A stretch of 64,000 bases of DNA, from the IMG/VR virus record IMGVR_UViG_3300011008_002712; one strand, 5' to 3'. Made by a program: the position numbers and the translations under genes. The DNA is from a virus (Duplodnaviria > Caudoviricetes). Positions 1-9,320 of the stretch are shown here, one piece after another (position 1 is the first letter of the stretch; every line of letters starts with the position of its first letter). Under the pieces are notes generated by a model. The model searched no databases and was not told the origin of the DNA. It saw nothing but the letters and a program-made list of their open reading frames with translations.

Positions 1-294
1 AGGTTGTTCGAAATAAATATCATTATCTATGTTTAAATCGCAGTTGCAATGAATAACAATAAATTTGTCACCAAATTGAAAAAGAAATTTTTCCAAATCT
101 TTGAAATCAATCAAAACGATATTTTTAAAATTATTATTTTTTAGTACATCATATGCATAACCAGCAGTCCCATTCATAACCGGATCGATTATACAAAAAA
201 TAAATCTTTTTGCCGGCATGCTAAAAATTCTATCATGAAGTTTCCAAAATTTATGTATAAGTTTTTGTTCTTCTAAATAAGAAAAGTTTTTCAT
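1..294 (-). CDS. hypothetical protein, partial (runs off left edge)
   Basis: ATG at 294 with GAGAGGAG SD and CTATTTACA promoter upstream; frame open to base 1. Confidence 0.6.
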   Translation of the reverse strand, partial: MKNFSYLEEQKLIHKFWKLHDRIFSMPAKRFIFCIIDPVMNGTAGYAYDVLKNNNFKNIVLIDFKDLEKFLFQFGDKFIVIHCNCDLNIDNDIYFEQP

Positions 295-360
295 AATGTT
301 TCTCCTCTCTTTATTATTTTATCATATAACAAGATAAATGTAAATAGTTTATAAAAGAAA

Positions 361-382
361 AAGAGAAGATTTATCTTCTCTT
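361..382. terminator. intrinsic terminator hairpin
   Basis: AAGAGAAGAT-TT-ATCTTCTCTT with a T-rich tail on the minus strand. Confidence 0.6.
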
Positions 383-413
383 ACTCTTCAAAAAGATGAT
401 TTTGTTGTTTTAA

Positions 414-905
414 TTAAAAACAATGAGAATTATCGAATGTCTTATCCATGCGAGCTAGCCAGATGAATTCCTTGATATAATCAACTTGGCGAAGATAAAC
501 ATCTATAACCTTGTGATAATCAATCGTGATAGAGTCACCAGGTACTTCTCGTTCAATGATAATCCATATCATCTTGGAAATAGTCTCTCGCAATTCATTT
601 GAGAAATGCTCTTCATCAATGTAGACATCAAAGAAAAGATCACCAAGATCATCAAGAATATTATCGCAAGCAATCCTTCGCTGTTCTTCTACCTTAGTGT
701 AAATCTCAGCATTGAATTCGGGAAGACTTGCGAGATAAGCATCATAAATCTTGTTGATGTAATTACGCTTTGTCTCATAATCAAACACCTTAGAACGACC
801 TATACGGTCGCTTCCATATTCACCATTAGTGCGGTGATAGGTGAAACCCAATTGTTTGGCGTCTGGAATATTTTTGATTAACGCTTCAATTTTTTCTTTA
901 TTCAT
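414..905 (-). CDS. hypothetical phage protein
   Basis: 163-aa ORF with GAGGA SD. Confidence 0.7.
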   Translation of the reverse strand: MNKEKIEALIKNIPDAKQLGFTYHRTNGEYGSDRIGRSKVFDYETKRNYINKIYDAYLASLPEFNAEIYTKVEEQRRIACDNILDDLGDLFFDVYIDEEHFSNELRETISKMIWIIIEREVPGDSITIDYHKVIDVYLRQVDYIKEFIWLARMDKTFDNSHCF

Positions 906-1047
906 GCTTTTTCCTCATACTTTCTCTGAAAAGAAAATTATAAAAAACACCAACAAAAAACAAGGAGTAAATATCCTCACACCATATGGTGTAAAACAAC
1001 GACATTGCAAAAAATATGAAATTAAAAATTTCCATTTAATTACCTCC

Positions 1048-1341
1048 TTAACGAATCTTTTCAAATCGCGGTAGGTCTTCATATTCCGAATATTTATCAT
1101 CCACGGCGCTGGTATCGTCAGTGCTGTCATCATCGTCATAGTACGGAATATCCCTATCATGAATTCCATGGCCATTCAAAGTAACACCCGGGAATAAGCC
1201 TTCACGTTCTTTACGTTTTTCCTCTTCGCGTAAACTTTGTTCATACAAAAATTCGTCAATTGCTACTTGGCGGTCGTACTCTCTATCGAGTTCTTTCTCC
1301 AATTCCCAATTGTATTCGTTTTCATTGCCCCAAATGCTCAT
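1048..1341 (-). CDS. acidic hypothetical protein
   Basis: 97-aa ORF, AAGGAGGT SD. Confidence 0.7.
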   Translation of the reverse strand: MSIWGNENEYNWELEKELDREYDRQVAIDEFLYEQSLREEEKRKEREGLFPGVTLNGHGIHDRDIPYYDDDDSTDDTSAVDDKYSEYEDLPRFEKIR

Positions 1342-1360
1342 AATATTTTACCTCCTTCAA

Positions 1361-1735
1361 TTATCTCAATCCAAGAGTGCTAGCGGAGCAGGTGTACTGC
1401 GTTCCTTTTTGATCCCGAATTACAAAACAATTGATTCTTGCTCTCGGCTTGAATCCAACCAAAACAAATTTCTTGCCGTTGATGACGAACTCTTTTCCAT
1501 AATCATCCGGTGTGATTCCGTATCTATTCCCCAGAACGTTATGCTCAAACATAACTTTTTCCGCATCTTCAGCATTGCTTCCATTTGTAACCTCAATCTT
1601 TGTGCTGAAGAAATTTTCTGTATAAGAAATGCTATTGCCAAATGAAATGCTTACATCGTACTTATCTTCCAGTGCCTTGACAGCTTCCATAAAATCCTTC
1701 TTGAAGTTGTTGAAGTTTTCTTTATTCATTTTCAT
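1361..1735 (-). CDS. hypothetical phage protein
   Basis: 124-aa ORF, AAGGAG SD, promoter at about 1770-1800. Confidence 0.75.
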   Translation of the reverse strand: MKMNKENFNNFKKDFMEAVKALEDKYDVSISFGNSISYTENFFSTKIEVTNGSNAEDAEKVMFEHNVLGNRYGITPDDYGKEFVINGKKFVLVGFKPRARINCFVIRDQKGTQYTCSASTLGLR

Positions 1736-2146
1736 ATGTACCGCACTCCTTTACTTGTTTATGTATTTATTGTATCACAAATTTCGGAAAATGTAAATAG
1801 TAAAATGCAAAATTTTATGATTTTATGCAAAAAAAATGGTGATAGTTACATAGCCATCACAAATTCTTTTTAAAGATAAATCTAATTTTGAAAATAACAA
1901 ACGACTCTAAGAGTGAAAAATTTTCACAACAAAGAGCTAACATCGATATTAATTTTCGAATAATGTAATCTAATTAAAAAACACAAGTTGAATAAGCCTG
2001 CTGGCACACTATTGCCTTTCACTTACTATCCTTCGGTTACTCTATGGCGGTGCGAAGTACTCCGTTCAAAACAAATATTTTTCAATTATCTTACAAAAAT
2101 TATATATAACAAAAGCTCATCATTATTTCTGATGAGCTACAATAAA

Positions 2147-2638
2147 TCAACTGAATTCACAAGCTGTTTGATATTCGATTGGCGTTGAATGCTGTTTCAT
2201 AAACTCACTACATGTGAATTCATTACCATACTCATCTACGATAAGATTTTCTGGATTGTCAATGTTTTCGTTGATGATTTTTTTATGAATCATCAATGTC
2301 CAATGAAATGATGTAGTATATTCTGGTTCATTGCCACAACATGGACATTTTTCATTCCAGTATATGTTTTTTTCTTGTATATATTTTTCTAGAAATTCTT
2401 TGGCATGAGCCTGATCTTCCATTCCTTCAAACAACAACCCAATATCAGGATTGTGACTTCCATGTATTGCCGTTGTGCCGTATCTATGCATTGTAGTGCC
2501 ACACTTATGACAATACATTCCAGCTCCAGAACTTTTCCCAATATGCATAAAAATACTATCTTCAGATATTTCCGGTTTTTTTGCATTTTCCTCAAACCAC
2601 TTAGGAAGTTTTTTCCAATAAAAATTTGTGCTCATCAA
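2147..2638 (-). CDS. hypothetical protein with CxxC pairs
   Basis: CHKC and CPCC motifs; AAGGAG SD. Confidence 0.7.
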   Translation of the reverse strand: MMSTNFYWKKLPKWFEENAKKPEISEDSIFMHIGKSSGAGMYCHKCGTTMHRYGTTAIHGSHNPDIGLLFEGMEDQAHAKEFLEKYIQEKNIYWNEKCPCCGNEPEYTTSFHWTLMIHKKIINENIDNPENLIVDEYGNEFTCSEFMKQHSTPIEYQTACEFS

Positions 2639-2647
2639 TAACTCCTT

Positions 2648-2848
2648 TCAACACATATCAAACGGAATGTTTTTCAGTCGATATAGACAATGCTCACGAG
2701 TATGAGCATCTGGAGACCAGATAGTAGAACGAAGTTTTTGCTTTCTAGTAAGATTATTCCAAACTTTTCTCAATTCGATTTTGGTCAAGTGTGTCTTAGC
2801 AAAAACTGCATGACCATCATATCCACAGTAATCAATACTAAACTTCAT
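2648..2848 (-). CDS. hypothetical protein
   Basis: start reassigned to MKFSIDY after a GGAGGAAAAGG SD. Confidence 0.55.
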   Translation of the reverse strand: MKFSIDYCGYDGHAVFAKTHLTKIELRKVWNNLTRKQKLRSTIWSPDAHTREHCLYRLKNIPFDMC

Positions 2849-3416
2849 TCCTTTTCCTCCTTTGTTCTGCGTATATCTTTTTATTTTCTTCAGAAAGAAC
2901 TTGTTCAACAAATTCGGGATTTTCATCACACAATTTTACCCATTCATCCATCCACTTGTTGTAATTGGGATTAGTCGGATCATCAGGAGGTATACACATG
3001 GTGAACTCAAGAGGACCTTTGTTTTCAATTGGCACTTTAAATTGTTTCGCCCAAGGTATAAAAATACTTGAATAAACGTCTGCGAGTTCTTGCCAAACCT
3101 TAAAGTAAAATATGATTTCAATGGTTTTTTCAGGAACAGCTTTTTCATTTATTACAACATCATCTTTATCAGATTGATAACACGAAAATTCAATCAATAA
3201 ATCTGCTTTATCATTACGATTCTTCTTTCTCCAAAGAAATCTAACCGGATATGTATCTTTTAAGCGCGAAATATACATCCCAGGAATTTGGCTAATCAAT
3301 CCCTTTTCATCATGACCGCAATACACTTTTATTGTCATGTTTTTATGATAAAAAGTTTCCAATTTAGAGACAACTTTTTTCATTTCAGTTTCTAGCTTTA
3401 CATTCATGATGCTCAC
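2838..3416 (-). CDS. hypothetical protein
   Basis: 192-aa ORF downstream of a CTATTTACA promoter. Confidence 0.7.
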   Translation of the reverse strand: MSIMNVKLETEMKKVVSKLETFYHKNMTIKVYCGHDEKGLISQIPGMYISRLKDTYPVRFLWRKKNRNDKADLLIEFSCYQSDKDDVVINEKAVPEKTIEIIFYFKVWQELADVYSSIFIPWAKQFKVPIENKGPLEFTMCIPPDDPTNPNYNKWMDEWVKLCDENPEFVEQVLSEENKKIYAEQRRKRNEV

Positions 3417-3632
3417 CCCTTAATATGATTATATCATATAAATTCAAAAATGTAAATAGTAAAAATCATTTTATTTATTGCGGCTAATCAAAAATTTTTG
3501 AACATATTTTTTCAAGGAATCCAAATCTTTATAAATTTGATTGCCAGTAATGTATAACCTGCCTAATCCTTTTATGCCAGTGTCCATAATTTCATCACGT
3601 GCAGCAAACAGATTCTTATTGAGAATCCTATA

Positions 3633-3971
3633 TCACATCAATTTTCCAGACACATTGCCTTCATTATCAACCGGATATACTCCAGCTAAACAAACTATAT
3701 CGTCATATCCCCTGCGCACAAGCTCGGCAACAAAACATTTGCCATATAAAATATTTGTTATACCAAGAGGTGGATCTTGATATACATAGAATTCTTCCAT
3801 TTCTAAAGTGGGTTCATACCAGTCGCCATCCTCTGGATAAATTGGTTTATTTTTAGATCTAAGTTCATCTAAATGTTTTTCAGCGTCTTCTTTTGTGACA
3901 AAGTATTTTTCAAATTGTTTTATTGATTTTAAATCTTCTAATAATCCAGCGAGTTTCTTATAAAAAGACAT
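3633..3971 (-). CDS. hypothetical protein
   Basis: 112-aa ORF. Confidence 0.6.
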   Translation of the reverse strand: MSFYKKLAGLLEDLKSIKQFEKYFVTKEDAEKHLDELRSKNKPIYPEDGDWYEPTLEMEEFYVYQDPPLGITNILYGKCFVAELVRRGYDDIVCLAGVYPVDNEGNVSGKLM

Positions 3972-4101
3972 TATAATTCTTTTTTTTGATTATGTTATTA
4001 GTTTTTATTACTAAAGATTTTGCATACCTAATAATTTTATCAATCATAAAATCACACCTTTTTTTAAAGAACATAAGCGGACATTACGTCCGTTTGTTTG
4101 T

Positions 4102-4398
4102 TTAGCATCCACGATCAATGACTTCTTTCTGACGTCTTACTACATCTAACAATTGTTTCAAAAGTTCAAATTTTTTAACTTGCGTTTCATCTGTACAGAA
4201 AATACTTTTTTGATAATCTGGAGATCCATGATATGAAGCGTCATATATCGTATATAAGCAATTGTTTACATTATCAATAAGAACTTCATTTGCAGTGCGT
4301 CTTTCTCCAATAATGTTTTTAATCATTTGAAGCAACAGTGTTTCTTCATCAACATCAAACTTTATGCTTTTAAGAGTTATGTTTGCTTGGATTTCCAT
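4102..4398 (-). CDS. hypothetical protein
   Basis: 98-aa ORF with AGGAG SD. Confidence 0.7.
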   Translation of the reverse strand: MEIQANITLKSIKFDVDEETLLLQMIKNIIGERRTANEVLIDNVNNCLYTIYDASYHGSPDYQKSIFCTDETQVKKFELLKQLLDVVRRQKEVIDRGC

Positions 4399-4410
4399 TT
4401 TTGTCTCCTA

Positions 4411-4983
4411 TTATTGATGACTTAAAGAAAACTTCTTATTATATTCTATGACTTCATCCAAAGTTCTTGGAGTAAAATCAAGAATATCTGCGCCTACATT
4501 ATATGCATTATCTATATTCTGCATAATTTTTAATGTTTGGTTTTCCGTGTTATTATGGATATGCCCGTACAAATGAATGCTTCCTCTGAAAAAACCATTC
4601 CATTCAAGAATCGGATAATGGGAAAGAATGATTCTTTTGTTTTCGCCGTTCAACTCATCTCTAATTTCAGAATAATCTGAAATCCATTTCGCAATCTTTT
4701 GCTTCAAATATTTCTGTTTGTTTTTTAAAATGTCATAATCATGATTTCCCATTATGATAATTTTTTTCCCATTGAGTTTGCTCAAATATTCATCTGGACT
4801 CTTGGAACCCTTGCTAAAAGAAACATCTCCAAGGATATATACAGTATCTTCATCACTTACTGCTTGATTCCAATTTTTGATCATAGTCTGATCCATTTCG
4901 TCCACTGTTTGAAATGGACGCTGGCAAAGCCTGATGATGTTATAATGTCCGAAATGAGTATCTGCAATGTAAAAATTTTTCAT
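4411..4983 (-). CDS. calcineurin-like metallophosphoesterase
   Basis: DTHFGH, LGD, GNHD, SHYP and GHIH motifs. Confidence 0.9.
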   Translation of the reverse strand: MKNFYIADTHFGHYNIIRLCQRPFQTVDEMDQTMIKNWNQAVSDEDTVYILGDVSFSKGSKSPDEYLSKLNGKKIIIMGNHDYDILKNKQKYLKQKIAKWISDYSEIRDELNGENKRIILSHYPILEWNGFFRGSIHLYGHIHNNTENQTLKIMQNIDNAYNVGADILDFTPRTLDEVIEYNKKFSLSHQ

Positions 4984-4986
4984 GTT

Positions 4987-5379
4987 TTATTTTTTCCTTT
5001 CAAGTCTCTCGATTTCGGCAACGATAAGCGCTGCCGCGCGAATCAAATTACTCCGATCATCCTTCAACTTAGGAGGATTATCAAATGGCCAGATAATTTT
5101 TTCAACACCTGGACAAGCGTATACGGCCGCTGCTATCGCTAGGTCTCCGTGAACGAACTTGTCATCGTGCTCCTTGGAATAGCCCTCTTCTTTGACCTGA
5201 CGAATTCTCTCAGCCTGAATCTCGTCATAGACTGTGTACGGAGAGATTCCGTTGATTTCTGGGTCAATGTCAGCGTAGTCAATGAGAAATGTTTCATGTG
5301 CATCTGCTACACCCTCAGCTTCGACTACAGCGTAATCGTTCTTACCGTTGTATTCATATTCAATCTTGTACTTTCCCAT
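4987..5379 (-). CDS. conserved phage hypothetical protein
   Basis: AERIRQVKEEGYSKEHDD ... LIRAAALIVAEIERL motif recurrent in phages. Confidence 0.75.
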   Translation of the reverse strand: MGKYKIEYEYNGKNDYAVVEAEGVADAHETFLIDYADIDPEINGISPYTVYDEIQAERIRQVKEEGYSKEHDDKFVHGDLAIAAAVYACPGVEKIIWPFDNPPKLKDDRSNLIRAAALIVAEIERLERKK

Positions 5380-5402
5380 ATTCTTTTCCCCTTCCTTATT
5401 TG

Positions 5403-5455
5403 TTACCTCTTGAGTCTATTATACCATGTTATTCAGTGTTTGTAAATAGTTTTTT
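5403..5455 (-). promoter_or_regulatory. repeated promoter cassette (sigmaA-like: TTTACA-17-TATAAT, extended TG, TCAAGAGGTAA leader)
   Basis: minus strand AAAAAACTATTTACAAACACTGAATAACATGGTATAATAGACTCAAGAGGTAA. Confidence 0.85.
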
Positions 5456-5493
5456 CAATTTTTTATAATATTTACCTCCTGTTTTTACCTCTT

Positions 5494-5889
5494 TTAATTT
5501 TTCATCCAATATCCATATAACGATTTCTCTCCACTGTCCCATGTGTCATAGAAACTTCCGTCAACGCTTGCTACAAGATGATGTGCTGTTCTCATTACAC
5601 AAGTCTTGTGTTCATCTGTTGCGAATTTCTTGACCGTCGGTCTCTTTGTTCCTTTGCGGTTTGATATGCCGTGATACTCAAACCCATTCTCCAGCAAAAC
5701 CGCTTCATACACTGGCTTTGAGTTTGGCAAACACTGGAAATCTCTTCCCTTTTCCACCAACATATCGTATACTTCTATCCACTCTTTGTTGAGTACTTTG
5801 CATATTGCACGAATAACGCAGTCCCCGTAATTATCTTTAAGGTCTTTCTTGTTTGGTTGGAAATAAACAAAGTTTCTTGATTTTCCCAT
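5494..5889 (-). CDS. conserved phage hypothetical protein
   Basis: GDCVIRAI ... HHLV ... YDTWDS motif (Cys/His/Asp, possible peptidase-like fold). Confidence 0.7.
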   Translation of the reverse strand: MGKSRNFVYFQPNKKDLKDNYGDCVIRAICKVLNKEWIEVYDMLVEKGRDFQCLPNSKPVYEAVLLENGFEYHGISNRKGTKRPTVKKFATDEHKTCVMRTAHHLVASVDGSFYDTWDSGEKSLYGYWMKN

Positions 5890-5940
5890 CTAAATCACCC
5901 TTTTTCTAAAATCTCACATGATTTTCACCTACCACGTCAT

Positions 5941-6543
5941 CTATGCATTCAACAATTTCATTATTTCTTCTTTTATTGCTTTCAGAGATTTGCCTCTGTG
6001 TGAGATTTTATTTTTTTCTTCAGCAGTGATATCTGCGAATGTTTTGTCTTCTGTAAAATAGAAATATGGATCGTATGAAAAACCAAAGCTGCCGTGAGGA
6101 GTTGTTTTGATTGTGCCCTTGACATCTTTTTCTACGGTGATTTCTTTGCCGTCTGGGAAAACAAGTGCAATAGCAGAAACATATCTTGCGGGTGAAGATG
6201 CCTTGTTGATTTTATTCATTTCTTCGATGAGTTTTTCGTTGTTGGTTTTATCGTCAGCATGGGCACCGGTCCAACGAGCCGAAAAAACTCCAGGTTTGTT
6301 ATCAAGATATTCTACTTCCAAGCCAGAATCGTCACTGATGCAAGGAAGATTTGTAAGATTGGCATAAAATCTTGCTTTTTGTAAAGCATTGCCGATAAAA
6401 GTATCTGAAGTTTCTTCTGCATCAACAGAAACATGTAAATCTTTCAAAGAAAGAACTTCGCAAGGAAGGTTTTTTAGTGCCGATTTGAATTCGTTGATCT
6501 TGCCAGGATTTTGAGAAGCAATGACAAACTTCATGTTTTTCAT
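5941..6543 (-). CDS. rdgB: non-canonical purine NTP pyrophosphatase (RdgB/Ham1 family)
   Basis: ASQNPGK, DDSGL, PGVFSAR, GFSYDPYF and EKNKISHRGK motifs. Confidence 0.95.
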   Translation of the reverse strand: MKNMKFVIASQNPGKINEFKSALKNLPCEVLSLKDLHVSVDAEETSDTFIGNALQKARFYANLTNLPCISDDSGLEVEYLDNKPGVFSARWTGAHADDKTNNEKLIEEMNKINKASSPARYVSAIALVFPDGKEITVEKDVKGTIKTTPHGSFGFSYDPYFYFTEDKTFADITAEEKNKISHRGKSLKAIKEEIMKLLNA

Positions 6544-6631
6544 CCTTTCTGCTCTCTGTTTGTTCTTTCCTTACCTCTGTATTTATTATATCACAGCTAT
6601 ATAAAAATGTAAATAGTTTTTTCAAAATTTC

Positions 6632-6850
6632 CTACTGCGACAAAGAGTTTTGTTTGTTTAAAAATTCAACAAATTTAAAAAGCTCAGATTCTAGCCGAGG
6701 AAAATCCTCAATAAACCTGTCAAGATGATATGTTGAATTAATTTTTGAATGAGTCTTATTTATGTAATCATCGCGAAATTTATAGCACAATTTTCCTGGC
6801 ATTACAAATAAATCCCATTTATCGTTTACATCATCTCCACGGACTACCAA
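6632..6850 (-). CDS. hypothetical protein
   Basis: 72-aa ORF overlapping the end of the dcd-like gene. Confidence 0.4.
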   Translation of the reverse strand: MVVRGDDVNDKWDLFVMPGKLCYKFRDDYINKTHSKINSTYHLDRFIEDFPRLESELFKFVEFLNKQNSLSQ

Positions 6851-7341
6851 TGAAATTTCAGATTGTGCAGTTTTTCATTAGAGATTTTTCCTGTTACTTC
6901 TTCAAATACTATCTGTGCAATGATTAAATTTGGATAAATGTCTATTATGTTACGAGTCGCATTATATAACCCAATATACAAATATCCATTAAAATTGGGA
7001 TCTATATGTTGGTCATACATAATCAATCCTAATTTAATCAATGTTCGCCATGAGCGTAAGTGTGCAGTCATATTTTCAGGCATAGATAATTTTTCTTTTG
7101 TTTTTACTAAGATGTATTCACCAGGTTTGATATGATATCCATTAGCAATTTCAATTTTATGAGAAATTAATTCTATTTGTTTTTTGTTATTCAAATTAAC
7201 AATCTCATTTAAAGACTGATACACTATGGCTACTTTTCCTGATAAAATACAATATGATGTTGTTTGTAGTTGTTTTTCGTTAAAAGGTTCTAATAATTTA
7301 TTATTAGCAACTAATTCTCTTATTTTTTGATCTGACAACAT
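6844..7341 (-). CDS. dCTP deaminase/dUTPase family protein
   Basis: MLSDQKI, IKPGE, IDPNFNGYL, IAQIVFE; catalytic motifs look degenerate. Confidence 0.8.
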   Translation of the reverse strand: MLSDQKIRELVANNKLLEPFNEKQLQTTSYCILSGKVAIVYQSLNEIVNLNNKKQIELISHKIEIANGYHIKPGEYILVKTKEKLSMPENMTAHLRSWRTLIKLGLIMYDQHIDPNFNGYLYIGLYNATRNIIDIYPNLIIAQIVFEEVTGKISNEKLHNLKFHW

Positions 7342-7397
7342 AAAAACACCAGTTTCTATATAAAAATAAAAAATTACCAAGCAATTAATTTTAATCT

Positions 7398-7745
7398 TTA
7401 GCATCCATCATACGTCATCTCAATAGCAGGCGAACCTTCAAAAACACTATTGAATAAATCTTCTAGCATGAACGAATAATCTTGTGCAATTGATTTTCTG
7501 TATATCTTACAATCTTTAACTTTTTCTACATCTACATTTTGATCAGAAAGAATATGCATGATATACTCATCTTTTTCTTCAAATTCTTTTGTGATATCTT
7601 CTGCTTTATATGTTTCATAATCATCAGTCGCATCTAAAAATCCATCTAAAAATTTCTTTTCTGTATCATTCAACAGATCTTCGTGAACAAAAATAATAAA
7701 ACTTGAGCTTGACGAGTTAGTTACAAAATCTTCTCTTATTCTCAT
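7398..7745 (-). CDS. hypothetical protein with FVTNSSSSSF N-terminus
   Basis: MRIREDFVTNSSSSSFII, a recurrent uncharacterised motif. Confidence 0.75.
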   Translation of the reverse strand: MRIREDFVTNSSSSSFIIFVHEDLLNDTEKKFLDGFLDATDDYETYKAEDITKEFEEKDEYIMHILSDQNVDVEKVKDCKIYRKSIAQDYSFMLEDLFNSVFEGSPAIEMTYDGC

Positions 7746-8091
7746 TACGAATCCTCCTAGCTTCTTCTTGAGATAATGGTTTTAAATACTTAGATGGAAT
7801 ATTAGTATCAATCATAATATGTACTTCATTGTTTACAGAATTTACCATTGAATTTAAATGTTTATTCCAGATAACATCAGATAAATCTACAGCAAATGTC
7901 ATATAATCTATTTCTAGAGTAAAAGGCACATTAGAAAGATAGATATAAGGTTGCGTTTCCTCACTAAATTCTCTAATGCAATTTATTTTTAATCCCTCTT
8001 CTAAGATTTTATCTTTCGAACCTTTTAATGTAGAATGATACCATATGTAATTGTCAAATAAAATATTTTTAATACCTTTCATATTAACCAC
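7717..8091 (-). CDS. putative ADP-ribosyltransferase-fold (Tpt1/KptA/DarT-like) protein
   Basis: WYHST...ILEEGL, YIYLS, E-V-H-I...IPSKYL pattern. Confidence 0.55.
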   Translation of the reverse strand: MVNMKGIKNILFDNYIWYHSTLKGSKDKILEEGLKINCIREFSEETQPYIYLSNVPFTLEIDYMTFAVDLSDVIWNKHLNSMVNSVNNEVHIMIDTNIPSKYLKPLSQEEARRIRNENKRRFCN

Positions 8092-8214
8092 CGATTTTAT
8101 TTTATAAAAAACAAACGTCTTTCAATCATAAAAATAAATAAATTCATACTACGATTGAAAGATGTTTTTATAAATAAAATTGTGGCCTTATTTAAGGCCA
8201 CATTGCAAAAATCG

Positions 8215-8595
8215 CTAAAAGCCCATATATTCGCATTTTGGATCTTCACGAAGAATGCAAATACACATGCGTTTCCAAGAAGGAGTCTTGCTGAGAATCT
8301 TAGAAGCATTTTCATCAGGAGTTGGTTGTGCAAGCTTCACAATAGACTTTCCTGGTTTTTTTGACGGAGAAGTTTGAAGTTTAACACCAGCTTCTTGAAG
8401 AAGAGATATAGTCTGTTCATCAAGAGTTGCGCCTTTTTTCCTCCAAAACACGATAGATTTTTTAAATTTTTTCCTATATATATTTGCCGTTTCTTGTGGA
8501 AGATTGTTTAGAAGAAATAATGTATATTCTTTCCAAGTTTTAAATTCCTCCGGAAGAGCAGTCTTGGCACCGATAGAAGAGCGAATATATTTCAT
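8215..8595 (-). CDS. stand-alone DUF3440 (YbdN C-terminal) domain protein
   Basis: TWKEYTLFLL..LP, FWRKKG, PSWKRMCICILRED..C.YMGF. Confidence 0.75.
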   Translation of the reverse strand: MKYIRSSIGAKTALPEEFKTWKEYTLFLLNNLPQETANIYRKKFKKSIVFWRKKGATLDEQTISLLQEAGVKLQTSPSKKPGKSIVKLAQPTPDENASKILSKTPSWKRMCICILREDPKCEYMGF

Positions 8596-8625
8596 AGATA
8601 TTCTCCTTTTCGTTGTCTAATTCTT

Positions 8626-8817
8626 CTACATCTTAATAGTTACAGTAATCGTTCCATGACCAGAGAGAAAAATGTCTTTCTGAATATTAGCAACGTTTTC
8701 CTTTTTAGCAGCAAAAAACGTATCTCTTGTCATAGAACTTACAAGACCAGGAGAAATTTTCGCCATAAGATTTGTTTTCGAAATACGTTCACCATTTAAT
8801 TTATACGTTGTACGCAT
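8626..8817 (-). CDS. hypothetical protein
   Basis: MRTTYKLNG start after an AAGGAAG SD and promoter. Confidence 0.6.
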   Translation of the reverse strand: MRTTYKLNGERISKTNLMAKISPGLVSSMTRDTFFAAKKENVANIQKDIFLSGHGTITVTIKM

Positions 8818-8946
8818 GTGTATCTTCCTTTCTAATGCTATATTCACTTCTTGATTGTATTATACAACAATATTCAGTGTTTGTAAATAGCTTTTAGAAA
8901 CTTTTATGCAGAAATACTTGGCAAATTATATTTTATTACATTCGAT

Positions 8947-9237
8947 TTACATCATTATTTCCCATTGTTTTTCTTCTTCCTCTTCTTCGACAATGTTATT
9001 TTTTTTCTTCCATTCTTCATAAGTTGGATAATGAAATGATTCTCGATGAGATGCATATTTTTTATAAACTTCATAACCGTTTTTATTTTTCAATATTTTT
9101 TTCATTGCAGATCCCAATCCATTTTCAAGCATATACTTGGTATAATTTTCACTATCAGTATCGCTTAACATCTCAACATATTCCATACCTACGGTCGCAA
9201 GCATTGATATCTCTCTATTGGTTAGATTGATTTTCAT
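8947..9237 (-). CDS. hypothetical protein
   Basis: 96-aa ORF. Confidence 0.65.
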   Translation of the reverse strand: MKINLTNREISMLATVGMEYVEMLSDTDSENYTKYMLENGLGSAMKKILKNKNGYEVYKKYASHRESFHYPTYEEWKKKNNIVEEEEEEKQWEIMM

Positions 9238-9320
9238 GATTTCACTCTTTCTATAAATAGGTTTCTATTTGTGTTTGTTTTATTTCATTATATCAAGGCG
9301 TCATGAATCTCCAATATAGT

